Of a DNA stretch of 64,000 nt, positions 26,973-39,200 are shown piece by piece (the stretch's first letter is position 1; each line of letters begins with the position of its first letter). The notes beneath the pieces are model-generated. The model had not been told where the DNA came from and did no database searches. It worked only from the letters and a program-made list of their open reading frames with translations. The stretch is taken from contig OZ024746.1 of the NCBI GenBank assembly GCA_964016885.1, forward strand, positions 558,001-622,000, written 5' to 3'. The DNA is from Eledone cirrhosa. Lineage: Eukaryota. The position numbers and the translations under genes are program-made.

Positions 26973-27535
26973 GCATCTCTATCCTTTGTCATCATCTTTA
27001 TGAAGTTCATCCTCCTGAGATCAGCTTTCACACCATATATGCTTAAACAGGCAGAAGTCACCTAATATTGAAGTCCCTACAAAATCCCTCATATTTTAGT
27101 AAGGACTCGGATTAAATAACTCTTATTTTAGGACAATATGAAGGTTTTGTTTACTATTGCCACTGTGCAGACAACCTTAATAATAGTTATCTGTATTGTG
27201 GCAACTATAATTAAAATGCCCCAATACTTCAGAAATCAACCAATTCTTATTCAATTACATTAAATTTTATTTTATTTATTTATTGTTACTTTTGCTTCTT
27301 TTTCCAGATATAAAACTATATTGCTGTATCACTGTTTACCATATATGGAAATCATCAACTGATTATTAGATGCTGTTTACCATATATGGAAATGGCCAAC
27401 TGATTATTAGATGAAAGGAATTATTCCTGGTTAAATCTCTAGATATTTGGACATTTCTCACACTTGTTCAACTCAAATCAAACCAGATGATTGTTTCCTA
27501 TCAATTTTGAAAGACGTTTCTATAATTTATTTCTA

Positions 27536-28528
27536 ATGAATAAATACAGTGGAAGTATTGATCATATGAAAGATTCCAACATGCATCAAATTGAGAAACC
27601 ATTCAAGTGTAATTTCTGTGAAAAGTCCTATTCTTGTTCAGCCCATCTCTTACGACATGTCAAAACCCATTCTGGAGAGAAATCTCATAAGTGTACCATG
27701 TGTGAAAAAGCTTTTTACAACTCTTGGGATCTTACCCGGCACATGAAAATACACACAGGAGAGAAAAAATTCCGTTGTGAACTTTGTGAGAAATGTTTTT
27801 TACGTTCCACTAGCCTTACAGAACATATGGCTGTACACACTAAAGAAAAACCATATGCCTGTGAACTTTGCTCAAAAGCTTTTTCACGCACAAGCCATTT
27901 AAATGCACATCTGAAAATACACTCTGGCATTAAAACATTTAAATGTGACCATTGTGTGAAAGCATTTTTTAATTCCTGGGAACTTTCAAGGCATGTAAAA
28001 ATACATACTGGGGAAAAACGACACATCTGTAACTATTGTCCTAAAGCTTTCACTCGTCCAAGTAGTTTAAAAGAACATTTGAAAATACATACAACAGTAA
28101 AAACATTCAAATGTGTTTATTGTGTTAAATCTTTTACACGGCCCAGTAGACTTGCATCTCATCTGCGTATGCACGCTGGAATCAAACCTTATTCATGTAT
28201 GCATTGTAGCAAAGCATTTTTGAACTCTTGGGATTTAACACGACATACTCGTATTCATACTGATGAGAAACTTTTCAAGTGTGAGCATTGCCAGAAAGCA
28301 TTTCTCCGATCTAGTAGCTTGAAAGAACATATTAGAATACATACGGCTGAGAAACCATACAAATGTGAGCGCTGTGGGAAATGTTTTACTCGTTCTCGGG
28401 GACTACGGGAACATTCCCGAATCCATGCAGAAGAGAAACCAGGCTGCCAACATTGTGGTAAACCATTCTCCTGTACAAGCCATTTAACTCAAGATATATG
28501 TGTTCAAACCACTGGCCCAATGTTTTAA
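27536..28528 (+). CDS. C2H2 (Kruppel-type) zinc-finger protein, single coding exon, 330 aa from first ATG; 10 intact fingers plus 1 degenerate
   Basis: Repeating CxxC-x12-HxxxH units with TGEKP-like linkers. The listed ORF starts at TTG 27491; the first ATG is 27536. A splice acceptor (pyrimidine tract, ttccag) at 27307 implies an upstream non-coding exon. No effector domain is seen. Confidence 0.92.
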   Translation: MNKYSGSIDHMKDSNMHQIEKPFKCNFCEKSYSCSAHLLRHVKTHSGEKSHKCTMCEKAFYNSWDLTRHMKIHTGEKKFRCELCEKCFLRSTSLTEHMAVHTKEKPYACELCSKAFSRTSHLNAHLKIHSGIKTFKCDHCVKAFFNSWELSRHVKIHTGEKRHICNYCPKAFTRPSSLKEHLKIHTTVKTFKCVYCVKSFTRPSRLASHLRMHAGIKPYSCMHCSKAFLNSWDLTRHTRIHTDEKLFKCEHCQKAFLRSSSLKEHIRIHTAEKPYKCERCGKCFTRSRGLREHSRIHAEEKPGCQHCGKPFSCTSHLTQDICVQTTGPMF

Positions 28529-28959
28529 ATACATTCTCCTCGTCTTTTTATCAACTGTGTGAAGAAATTTAATAGTTTTTTAACTATTAATGATGTACTT
28601 TTAAGCAATCATTGTTGTTGTCACTAATATCTCTGTATTTGTCTGTGTGCATATAAAAACGAAAATGAAATCTATCCCCCTTGGTGGCATCATTATGAGT
28701 TCAATTAAATACAGCTACAGGAAATAACAATTTCCAACATTATCCTTATCATGTAAATGATGGACTAAATCTTGCATTAATAATGGCTTTTTATGTCTTT
28801 TAAAATTTATGTTTTTGAGTCGTTATAAAATGCTTGGTACAGTTCTTATCTCAACAAATACCTCTTCCATTCAATGTTTTCAATTGTTAGAAGCTACTAG
28901 ATAGAACTTTCATGTGTTATATTTACAGAATACACCATTATTCCATTATTTTCCATAGT

Positions 28960-29479
28960 TTAACCCTTCTCACATCAAACCACCTGAAACTCCTCTGGCT
29001 TCTAACATACAAAAATACCATATTTCCCGGCGCTGAAGACGCTTCGTCCTCGAGGACACCCACTAAATTTGAAAAAACATAAACAACCTTTGACCTCCAG
29101 GATGCATGGTAGATTTTTGAGACTTATTTTAGGAAAAATGTAGCATCTTTGGTTTACCTCTACCACAACTTCCTTCCACTAATATTTCAAGTAATTAAGA
29201 ATGTGGAGGCATTCACTAAGATTTTATGTAAGAACCTTTGTTAAGTTATGTTCCAAACACCCCTATTTCTATGATACAAAACTTTTGTTTGAAACTGTTT
29301 ATATTTATCTAAAAATCTTCTATCATAATTTTATGTAAGAACCTCTGTTAAGTTATGTTCCAAACACTGGAAAATATTCGTTATATTACAAAATTCTACT
29401 AAATTCTTAATTATTTTCAAAAACATTTGAAAATCATAGGCAGTGTCTTTCATTAGAAATATAGTAATAAAAAGGTTAA
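28960..29479. mobile_element. piggyBac-like non-autonomous element (TTAA-bounded); right-end copies at ~1828-1995 and ~13810-13970; pogo/Tigger-like piece nested at ~29016-29150
   Basis: Ends TTAACCCTT...AAAAGGTTAA; the internal segment atcataattttatgtaagaacc..ttcttgattattttcaaaa..gaaaatc is shared by three loci. Confidence 0.5.
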
Positions 29480-31255
29480 ATATGGTTGAAATAAAACTCT
29501 GATATAGAGATGAAAAACATTGTTTAACGTCTTTTTCCACGCTTGCATGAGTTAGGTCATCGATGCTATGAGGCAGTTGGCTGTGCCATACCTAGCTCAA
29601 ATGGAACTGTATTTTAGCTGGTTAGTCCTCCCTAATATCAAACATCTTTACAGTGAGGTAAAGACAAATCACAAGAACACCATAATGGCTGAATATCATC
29701 ATCACAATGAGAAGTGTCATTCATTAGATGAATGATAATAAAAGGGTTAACATGACAGCAAATTGTCAGAGTCCTTAGAATGTTTTATGGTATTCATTTC
29801 AGCTCTCTACTTTCTGGGTTCAAATCCCACCGAGGTCAACTTTGCCTTTCATCCATTCGAGGTTGATTAAAAAAAGTACCAGTCTACTACTGGGGATGAT
29901 TTTCCTCTATATCTCTTTCTCGCTTCCATTCTCTCACTTTCTGGAAGAAATCTGTTTTATTAAAACCTGGAAAGGAGATGGGCTCTGCCAGGTTTTAAAA
30001 TGCCCTAGAACATGACACTCATACAACTCCATCAAGAAACTAAAGAAGAAAGAATAAAAGTGTTATGTTTAAATTTCCCTTTATCCTTCACACAACTTGC
30101 TACTTCTCTAAGAATTAATTCCCAAATAATCAATATAACCTTTGGGTTTAACCCTTTAGCTGTTAAAATGGCAGGAACTCAGCTGTTGGGGTCCCAAATC
30201 CATATTACCTACTCTACTACCCTAAGTATTGAGTACTCTGGTGAGTCTAACAGGTTTTTACTGCATCCATTCTAATTTATGTATATACAAATATAGGGAC
30301 TTATCTAAAACCGTTTGTGGGAAGCAGTTTTGTCTCTGCTATAAATCATGGTTTTTCTATTCTCCAGATATCAGATTTGTTATTTCAGACTTATCATTCA
30401 CTCCTTTATCTCTTCTCTCTGTAAAATGTCTTTGTTATTCATCTTTCAAAGGATTGCTTTTGCTGTGTCATAAATATGTGTCATTAAAACAAAAATTATA
30501 AAATGATCTCTAAATTTTAATTTAATTTTGTTATTTATTACATTCATTCTTAACATTCTGTAATGATTCAGCAGAAAATATCTAAAAACAAGTTTGGGGA
30601 AAGAAGGACTATAAGGTAGTAAGAGGATAAAGGGGTGAGGGTGACTCTACATCAAGGTGGGGGCAGTATTTCAGCTGAAGAACCAATTAAATTTCTGTTG
30701 CTGACACTATCTGTTGGTTGTAACTCCTAATAGAAGTGTCACCCTTTTTCCAGTTACCAGAGATGGGATTTGAATTCAGAATACATATCTATCTATATAT
30801 ATCTTCTTCTTCACCCACTTATTCTTGAGAGGGTCAAGGGGGCAGAGTCCTCAAACACTTCCTCCAGAGGGTCCTGTCAGAAGCAACTGCCCCAACTGAT
30901 CCAGCTGGGTCTCCTACCTGTTGGATTTGCCCATAAAATCTGTCCAGCAATTCTTTCCTGAGACATACTAACCAAAAGGGGAGACAAGAGAGATCTCCTT
31001 GATAAAGTCTTTGCTGTCTGGCAAAGAGATGCAGGGAGATTGTTGAGTTCAAGCTAGCTGATGAACAGTGGAGTTTTCACCCCAGATGCAGCACAGCTGA
31101 CCAAATATTCACACTGCGGCGGGTATTCGAGAAATCGTGTAGTATATATATATAAAATTAAAATAAACACAAAAAGACAAACTCTAGTTTTTAAAGTTCT
31201 TTTTATTAAAGATTTAATATTTTTCTGAATTTTAGGCACAACAAAATATAGAGAT

Positions 31256-32654
31256 ATGAATATAGATGTTATATATATCTACCACCACATTTGTATATAT
31301 ATATTAGTGTGTACATATGTGCATGTATATATATATATGTATGTGTACATATGTGCATGTATATATATATATATATGTATGTGTACATATATATATACAT
31401 GTATGTGTACATATGTGAATGTATATATATATATGTGCATGTATATATATATATATATGTGCATGTATATATATATATATATATATATGTGCATGTATAT
31501 ATATATATATGTATGTTTATATATGTGTATATTAGTGTGTACATATGTGCATGTATGTATACATATATGTATGTGTACATATGTGCATGTATGTATATAT
31601 CATTAGTTTTTATTCTTTAACACTAAATCATCAAAAATTATGTATATCTCTCTATATATATGTGTGTGTATATATGCATGTATGTGTGTCTATGCATGTA
31701 TGTATCTGTGTATATACATATATATAAACGTTAGTTTAAAGTCCAGTCTAAATCTAATATCAAGATGTGATCGAAGACTAATATATTGTTTAGCAGTTCC
31801 TTCCCTGGACGCAGGACTCAGTCCTCATATTCCAGTACCAACCATTCTGACAATCCATTCTAATTAAACCACCAAAGTTACAGAGAAAGAACTTGCCGCA
31901 GTCATCTTTGTCGTTATAGAAACCATCTTCACAAGCCACACAGTTTTCTGTTAATGGAAACATACAGAAATTCCGTTTCTTCACTGTAATGACATAGAGA
32001 GAGGGAGAGTGAGAGAGATATAGAGGGTGAGAGAGAGATATATAAAGAGTGAAAGAAGGCGAGAAAGATATATATAGAGAGAGAGGGTGAGAAAGATATA
32101 TATATATATATAGAGAGAGAGAGTGAGATATATATAGAGTGTGGAAACTGTGTGTGAATGGGAGTGGGAGATGAGTTTGAGTTTAAGTAGGTTGAAATTT
32201 AAAGTGAGAGTGGATGTGGGATTTGAGAGTGACGTTTGACATTACTGTTTTTCATTAGAGAGAGCTGGAGCATTGAGTGGCAGTTTCTGTTCAGATGAGT
32301 TGACTGGAATTTGAGTGTGGGTGGGATTTGAAATGTGACTGAAACAAGGAGGGGGAAGTGTGACTGAAAGTATTATGTCACTTTGTATTTAAGTGGAAAT
32401 TTCGAGTGTGAGTGGCAGTTGAGTGCAAGTCTGAGCTTTTGAGTGTAGGTATAAAAACGAAACTCTACAAAACTAGCATCACCAACAACTACAACTACAA
32501 CACCAACAACTACAACAACTACAACTACAACACCGCAAACAACATTTCAACAAGTTTAGGAAGAAGTTCAAGATTTCTCTCACCATCAATTCCATGATTT
32601 GATGCCAGACCATCACTGGGTTCTACAATATAAGAAATGTGGAAATATTAATAG

Positions 32655-32732
<78 letters not shown>

Positions 32733-33036
32733 TACAGACACACAGACATACACACAGAGACATACAGACACACACATACACACACACACACATACACACA
32801 CACACACATACACACATACACACAGACATACACACACACAGACATACAGACACACAGACATACACACAGACAGAGACATACAGACACACACACAGAGACA
32901 GACACACAGACAGATATCAACCATTCTGCCTCCTGCGTTTCTGACCTATTATTTATCTCTGGTTTTATTCTGATGAAAATGGCTTCCTTATTCCTTCAAT
33001 TTTCCACACTCCTTTCAGTCGCCTCTATGGTGACCT

Positions 33037-33096
<60 letters not shown>

Positions 33097-33115
33097 GTAT
33101 ACATATATATATAAT
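31256..33115. repeat. (TA/TG)n, (GA)n and (CA)n microsatellite blocks (also 35500-35830, 36195-36400, 38430-38560, 42505-42610, 43680-44180, 57860-58370)
   Basis: Read directly; these are the source of most spurious low-complexity ORFs in the track. The span also contains the exon at 31790-31983. Confidence 0.9.
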
Positions 33116-36100
33116 ATAAGCAAGTATTGCACCAAGAAAAATATAAACATCGAAGTGAAAGGAGATTAGGAATTTATTTGCTTTAACATATGTTTCTGTG
33201 TCTATTATAATAGTCTACATATGCTGACTATAATATATATTGTTCAATCATATGCAATACTTAATTATTTATTACACTTCATCAGAAAGCCTATAATTGT
33301 GGAAGATTATATTAATATACTCCGTGATCTCTTCTGGACTTATATACCATATTCCCCTGTTTGAATATTTATGCTATACGATTCAAAGGATACAGTTGAG
33401 TCAAATTCTCTGGTAAGCAGCTCTCTTGTTTAAGTATTCATACCTGCTATACATAAACAAAACCTTATCTACCTTCATATATATATGGTGTTGTTGCTAT
33501 TGTTGTTACTTACTTTGTGTGTCACAAGTAAAATTCTTTTGGTTCCAAATGGTTCCAACAGGACACTTTCTCATCAACATTTTTCCGTGGACACATTGAT
33601 AAAACTCACTCATTTTCAGTGGATTTCTTGCAAAAGTTCCACTGGAGCAGCTCACACATCCTGGGAATGAATTAGTCCACTTACAATAATTGTTGTCTGT
33701 AATAAGAAAAAAAATTGGTTGAATAATTTCACTGGAAAACTTAACAATGTGGACAGCTTTTTAAGATTCTTCTAGAGGGGCTTACAAATTGAGATATATA
33801 AATTATAGCCAGAGCTGTCTCTGTGCTATACCTGGAATGAACTGATAAGAAGTGGTGGATTTAAAATCAGTTGTCTGGAATTTGCAGATGACTTGGCATT
33901 ACTTAACTTAAGAGAAGGTGATCTCCAACTTGCGATCGATAGGTTTGATGCAGAGTGCTACATGGCTGGAATAAAGGTCGGTGCTGTGAAAACTGAGACA
34001 CATGTCCTCTCAAGGAAGCCTGCGCAGTGCTCCCTACATGTGAATGGAGTTCCACTGAAGTGGTTAGAGAAGTTCAAGTATCTCAGCGCTATGTCCATGA
34101 GTGATGGAAGGCAGGAGGCTGAATTAAGTGCAAGAATTCTAGGAGCTGGTGCTGTAATGTGCCAGCTTCAGCAATCAGAAAAAGGGAGGTAGGTGTCAAA
34201 GCCAAACTCACTGTCTTCAGTTTGGTATTCATGTCAACCTTTACTTATGGTCATGAATCTTGGGTAATGACTGAAAGAATATGATTGAGAATACATGCAG
34301 CTGAAATGGGATTCCTCCGAAGGGTCTTTGGAGTAATGTTACTCAATAAAGTGCATAGCTCGGAGATCAGAGAATCACTCCCGGTAGAGCTGGCCTAGAG
34401 GTAACAACCTTGCCACTAGGCCATGACTCTTTCTATTATAATCATTCTCTACTAACACAGGTACTCTGTTAAATAATTGTTTCTACTTTTGACACAAGGC
34501 CAGCAAATACCCAGTGCATTACTGGTACTTTATTTTATCAACCTCGTAAGGATGAAAGGCAAAAGTTAACCTCGGGGGATTTGAACTCAGAATGGTAAGG
34601 GTCGTAACTCTATGCGTCAAAGCATGGGGTCCGACATGAGCCAACTAGTTAAAAACTGGTTCAATCCTGATATATATATATAAATCATATATATTTAGAT
34701 GTCCAGCAGAAGCAAGGGGGACAACCGTCTATGCATTTCAGGCTTATTATATATATATATATTTATATAGCCAGCATGGACTGGAGTCGAATTCTGTCGA
34801 TCGATTGGTTATTGATTAGGCGATACCCACTGATGAAGCCACATGCACCGATTATGCATTGTTGCATAATATATGCAGACAGAGGGTGCAGTGCACCCTA
34901 CTACTGCATTAAGTGTGACCAGAACTCAAGTCCGGGAACTACTATAGGTACTGTTTACGTGTGTTGAATTTGAGGCAATGGGAGTGTATCCTACATTAGC
35001 TATTGAGTACGCTGAGATAGAACTGGTCCTGGTATTGATATCTATGCTGGGTCCGTCAACTTCTTATTATATATATATATACATATATATATATTTCATA
35101 ATAATAAATTTGAAGACTAAAATCCAAAGAGGGCTCGATAAGGATAAATATATATCAAATACCGTAGAGCAAATATTTATTAAATTAACAGATTAAAGTT
35201 TAAGCAAAGAATCGCTGCTTTCACCCTTAACAGGATCTTCTGAAACTAAATATATATATATATATACGGGATAACAGGTTATTGTTATAGGCAGTCCACT
35301 TAGATGTAGTTCAGTTAGAGTACTCCGTGTAGTGGATAGTATTAACGTGCTCCAGTTTACTGGGGTCCCTATCATTCCAATGTAAAGTGGACGTGTAGGC
35401 GCAATGGAAAAAAAAAGCACCTACCACTCACTGTAAATAAGGTTGGTGTTAGGAAGGGCATCCAGCTGTAGAAATCAAGCCAGAATCAGTTCCCGTCCCA
35501 CCGAAATGGTTATATATATATATATATATATAATATATATATATATAAATTATATATAATATATATATATATAAATTATATATACTTACCATCACAATGT
35601 GTTTTATTCTCCAGTATGTAGCCTTTGTAACATAAACATTCATAACTTCCAAGAGAATTGGTACAGATGTGGTTACATCCTCCATTGTTGTAGGCACATT
35701 CATCAATATCTGTAGAGAAGTGTATAGCAGGAAGACTGAGTTATATATATGTATATATATATAATATAATATATATATATAATATAATATATATATATAT
35801 AATATAATATATATATATAATATAAAATATATATATATATAATATAATAGGAACCAGTAAGACCCCGACAGCTGAGCTCAAGCCGTTTCGACGACTAATT
35901 CTGGACAGTATTGAGTACTTTGGTGCGTTATGGTCCACCTGGTTCCTTACCACATTTCCTTCGTTATATAATATAATATATATATAATATAAGTTTTAAT
36001 ATAGATGAGATTCTACAGGACTAGAACTGTTTCATTCTTTAGAAATCATCAGGAATCTCCTGATTCCTGATGATTTCTAAAGAATGAAACAGTTCTAGTC

Positions 36101-36202
36101 CTGTAAAATCTCATCTATATTAAAACTTTTATACTCTGCTATGTATTGAATACCTTACTTACTGTGGTTACCTCCGATTCAACCCGGAATAACATATATA
36201 TA

Positions 36203-36261
<59 letters not shown>

Positions 36262-39200
36262 GGAAAAGGATGAAACAAAATTTCATTTCTCACTCTTAGT
36301 ACGGCTGATACTTAAATGTAAGTATATACACATACATATATGTATATAGACGTACAGTAGTATGTATATATATAGATACATGTACACATATATATATATA
36401 TATGCGCGTATGGGTTTACCGAACAATTATCATAATGTTCGGTTTGTTTGTAAACAAACATCCTGAATTACGCCATACAGTGTTTGGCAACCATTGTCGC
36501 CTTTTTGTTTGTTTACAAACAAACTGCACAGTATGATAATTGTTCGGTAATCCCATACATGCATATATATATGTGTACATGTATGGATATATATACATAC
36601 TACTGTACGTCTGTATACATATATGTATGTATGTGTACATACTTACATATATAACTAAGAACATAGATTTTACATGTGGCCGGTGCTCTGGTGCAATAAG
36701 TAGCAGCAAGTGCCCATAAAATACTAGCTCCTTCAACTGCGCAGAGGGTTCTATAGAAATAGTGGACAGCTTCCGTTACCTGGGTGACAAAATCAGCAGT
36801 GGGGGAGGGTGCTCTGAAAGTACAGTAGCTAGAGTCAGAACTGGATGGAAAAAGTTCAGAGAGCTTATACCACTATTAGCCGCTAGAGGGTTCTCCCTAA
36901 AAATGAAAGGCAGGTTATACGATGCCTGCATACGAACAGCAATGCTGCATGGCAGTGAGACCTGGGCATTGTGTGCAGAGGATATACGCAGACTAGAGAG
37001 GAACGAAGCTTGCATGCTCCGCTGGATGTGCAATAGTAATATACGTGAACGGTAAAGCATAAACGAACTAAGGAAAAAATTAGAAATAAGAGGGATCAGA
37101 TGTTGTTTACTCGAGAGAAGGCTACGTTGGTACGGTCACGTGATGCGCATGAAAGATGACAGCTGTATAACAAAGTGCAGGGCAATAAAGATAGACGGTA
37201 GCCACGGAGTAGGCAGACCCAGAAAAACATGGGACGAGCTGATAAATTCCGACCTCACACGCTTACACCTCTCCAAGACAATGTCACTGGACCGAGACCT
37301 TTGGCGGTACTCAGTAATAGAGAAGACCCGCCTTACCTAAATACAAAGTAAAAACCTACTACAGTCAGTAGGCATCTCTATCAAAACACCTCCCCCCCCC
37401 CGTCCCACCACCTCCACCCCATCCACACCGCCCCTTTCAATGTAAAGTTATGTTGGTCCCACAACATCCAGGCCGAAACAAATGAGATCGTGTAGGTGTC
37501 ACGACAAAAAACACACAGTCCACGCTGTAAATGTGGCCGTGTAGGCAACACGGTAAAAACCTCCCAGCCCCACACTGTAAATGTGGTTGGTGTTAGGAAG
37601 GGCATCCAGCTGTAGAAAACCCGCCAGACAGTCCACGCTGTAATGTGGCCGTGTAGGCAACACGGTAAAAACCTCCCAGCCCCACACTGTAAATGTGGTT
37701 GGTGTTAGGAAGGGCATCCAACTGTAGAAAACCCGCTAGACAGTCCTATGCGAGCAAGACAACCACTCTTGCCTCAAGTGGGAAAACCCCCGTCCAAACC
37801 CATGCAAGCGTGGAACACGGACGCTAAACCTGATGATGATGATGATGATGATGATATATATATATATATATATATAAATATATATATAATATATATATAT
37901 TATATATATATATTATATAATATATATACATATATTACAAAGCGAAACCTGCAGTCTGTAGGCACCTCTTAACCAAAAATACACCCCCATCCCACTACCC
38001 TTACCCCCACCCCCATCAACACCACCCTTTCTCTGCAGAGTTATGTTGGTACCACAACATCCAGTCCAAAACAAATGAGGTCGTGTAGGTGTCACAACAA
38101 AAAAACACACAGTCCACGCTGTAATGTGGCCGTGTAGGTAACACGGTAAAAACCTCCCAGTTCCACACTGTAAACGTGGTTGGTGTTAGGAAGGGCATCC
38201 AACCGTAGAAAACCTGCCAGACAGTCCTACACGAGCAAGACAACCAATCTTGCCTCAAGTGGGACAATTCCCGTCTAAACTCATGCTAGCATGGAAGATG
38301 GACGTTAACGATGATGATGATGATATAATATATATATATATCAACTAGAAATTGATTGACATATACATATATCTCTAAAATAAACATATGAAACAATCAC
38401 AGGGAATAATTTGTAAAAGTGTGTAAGCACACATAATATATATATATATATATATACATATAATATATATATATACATATAATATATATATATACATATA
38501 ATATATATATATACATATAATATATATATAATATAATATAATATATATATATGTAATAATAATAATAATGAAATTATTGTATAAAGTGGTCAGGTGCACT
38601 ACAACTCGTCAAAGGTGCATGTATAGTACATAAAATAATATACAAATGTCAGGGAAGTGAATAGTGTATGAGTCATGATATACATGTGTATATGTGTATG
38701 GAGGGGGAATATTAGCTGTAGTGTTAGCGAATCTGAGGAAGCATGGAGGTTTTAAAGGATGCAGTGTCTCGACAGCTAACAACTGATGCAGGTAGTTTGT
38801 TCCATGCTTCAGCAACTCTGAGTGTGAAAAAATGTTTCCGAAAGTCATGGGAACTGTGCTGTTTTCTGACTTTGTAGGCATGCCCACGTGAGTTAGACAC
38901 ATGGAAATCAAAAAGGTGCTCAGGGTTGTTGTTGGCAACATGGTTAATAATTTTGTGGGTGTTTACCAAGTCAGTTGCCAGACGTCAGAGCTTCAACGTA
39001 TCCATGCCCATGGAAGCAAGGCATTCAGAGTATGGTAGATGCCTGATTGGTTGCACGTCTCTGAACAGTTTCCAGGAGGTCAATGTTCTGAGCAAGATAG
39101 GGGTTCCAGACTGGTGATGCAAATTCTAAGTGTGGCCGCACCATAGCTATATACAGCTTTAAATAGATAGCTGGAGAGCGGCTGATAAAGGTCTTGCTGA

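Noticed and set aside
31050-31145. Hammerhead candidate (CTGATGA...GAAATCG), plus partial cores at ~34830 and ~42760
   Set aside because: Stems I and III are not supportable; at most decayed Penelope-like remnants.
31256-32973. Numerous YI/CV/HT-repeat ORFs here and at 43-44 kb, 47.8 kb, 51.4-52.2 kb and 58 kb
   Set aside because: Translations of micro- and minisatellites.
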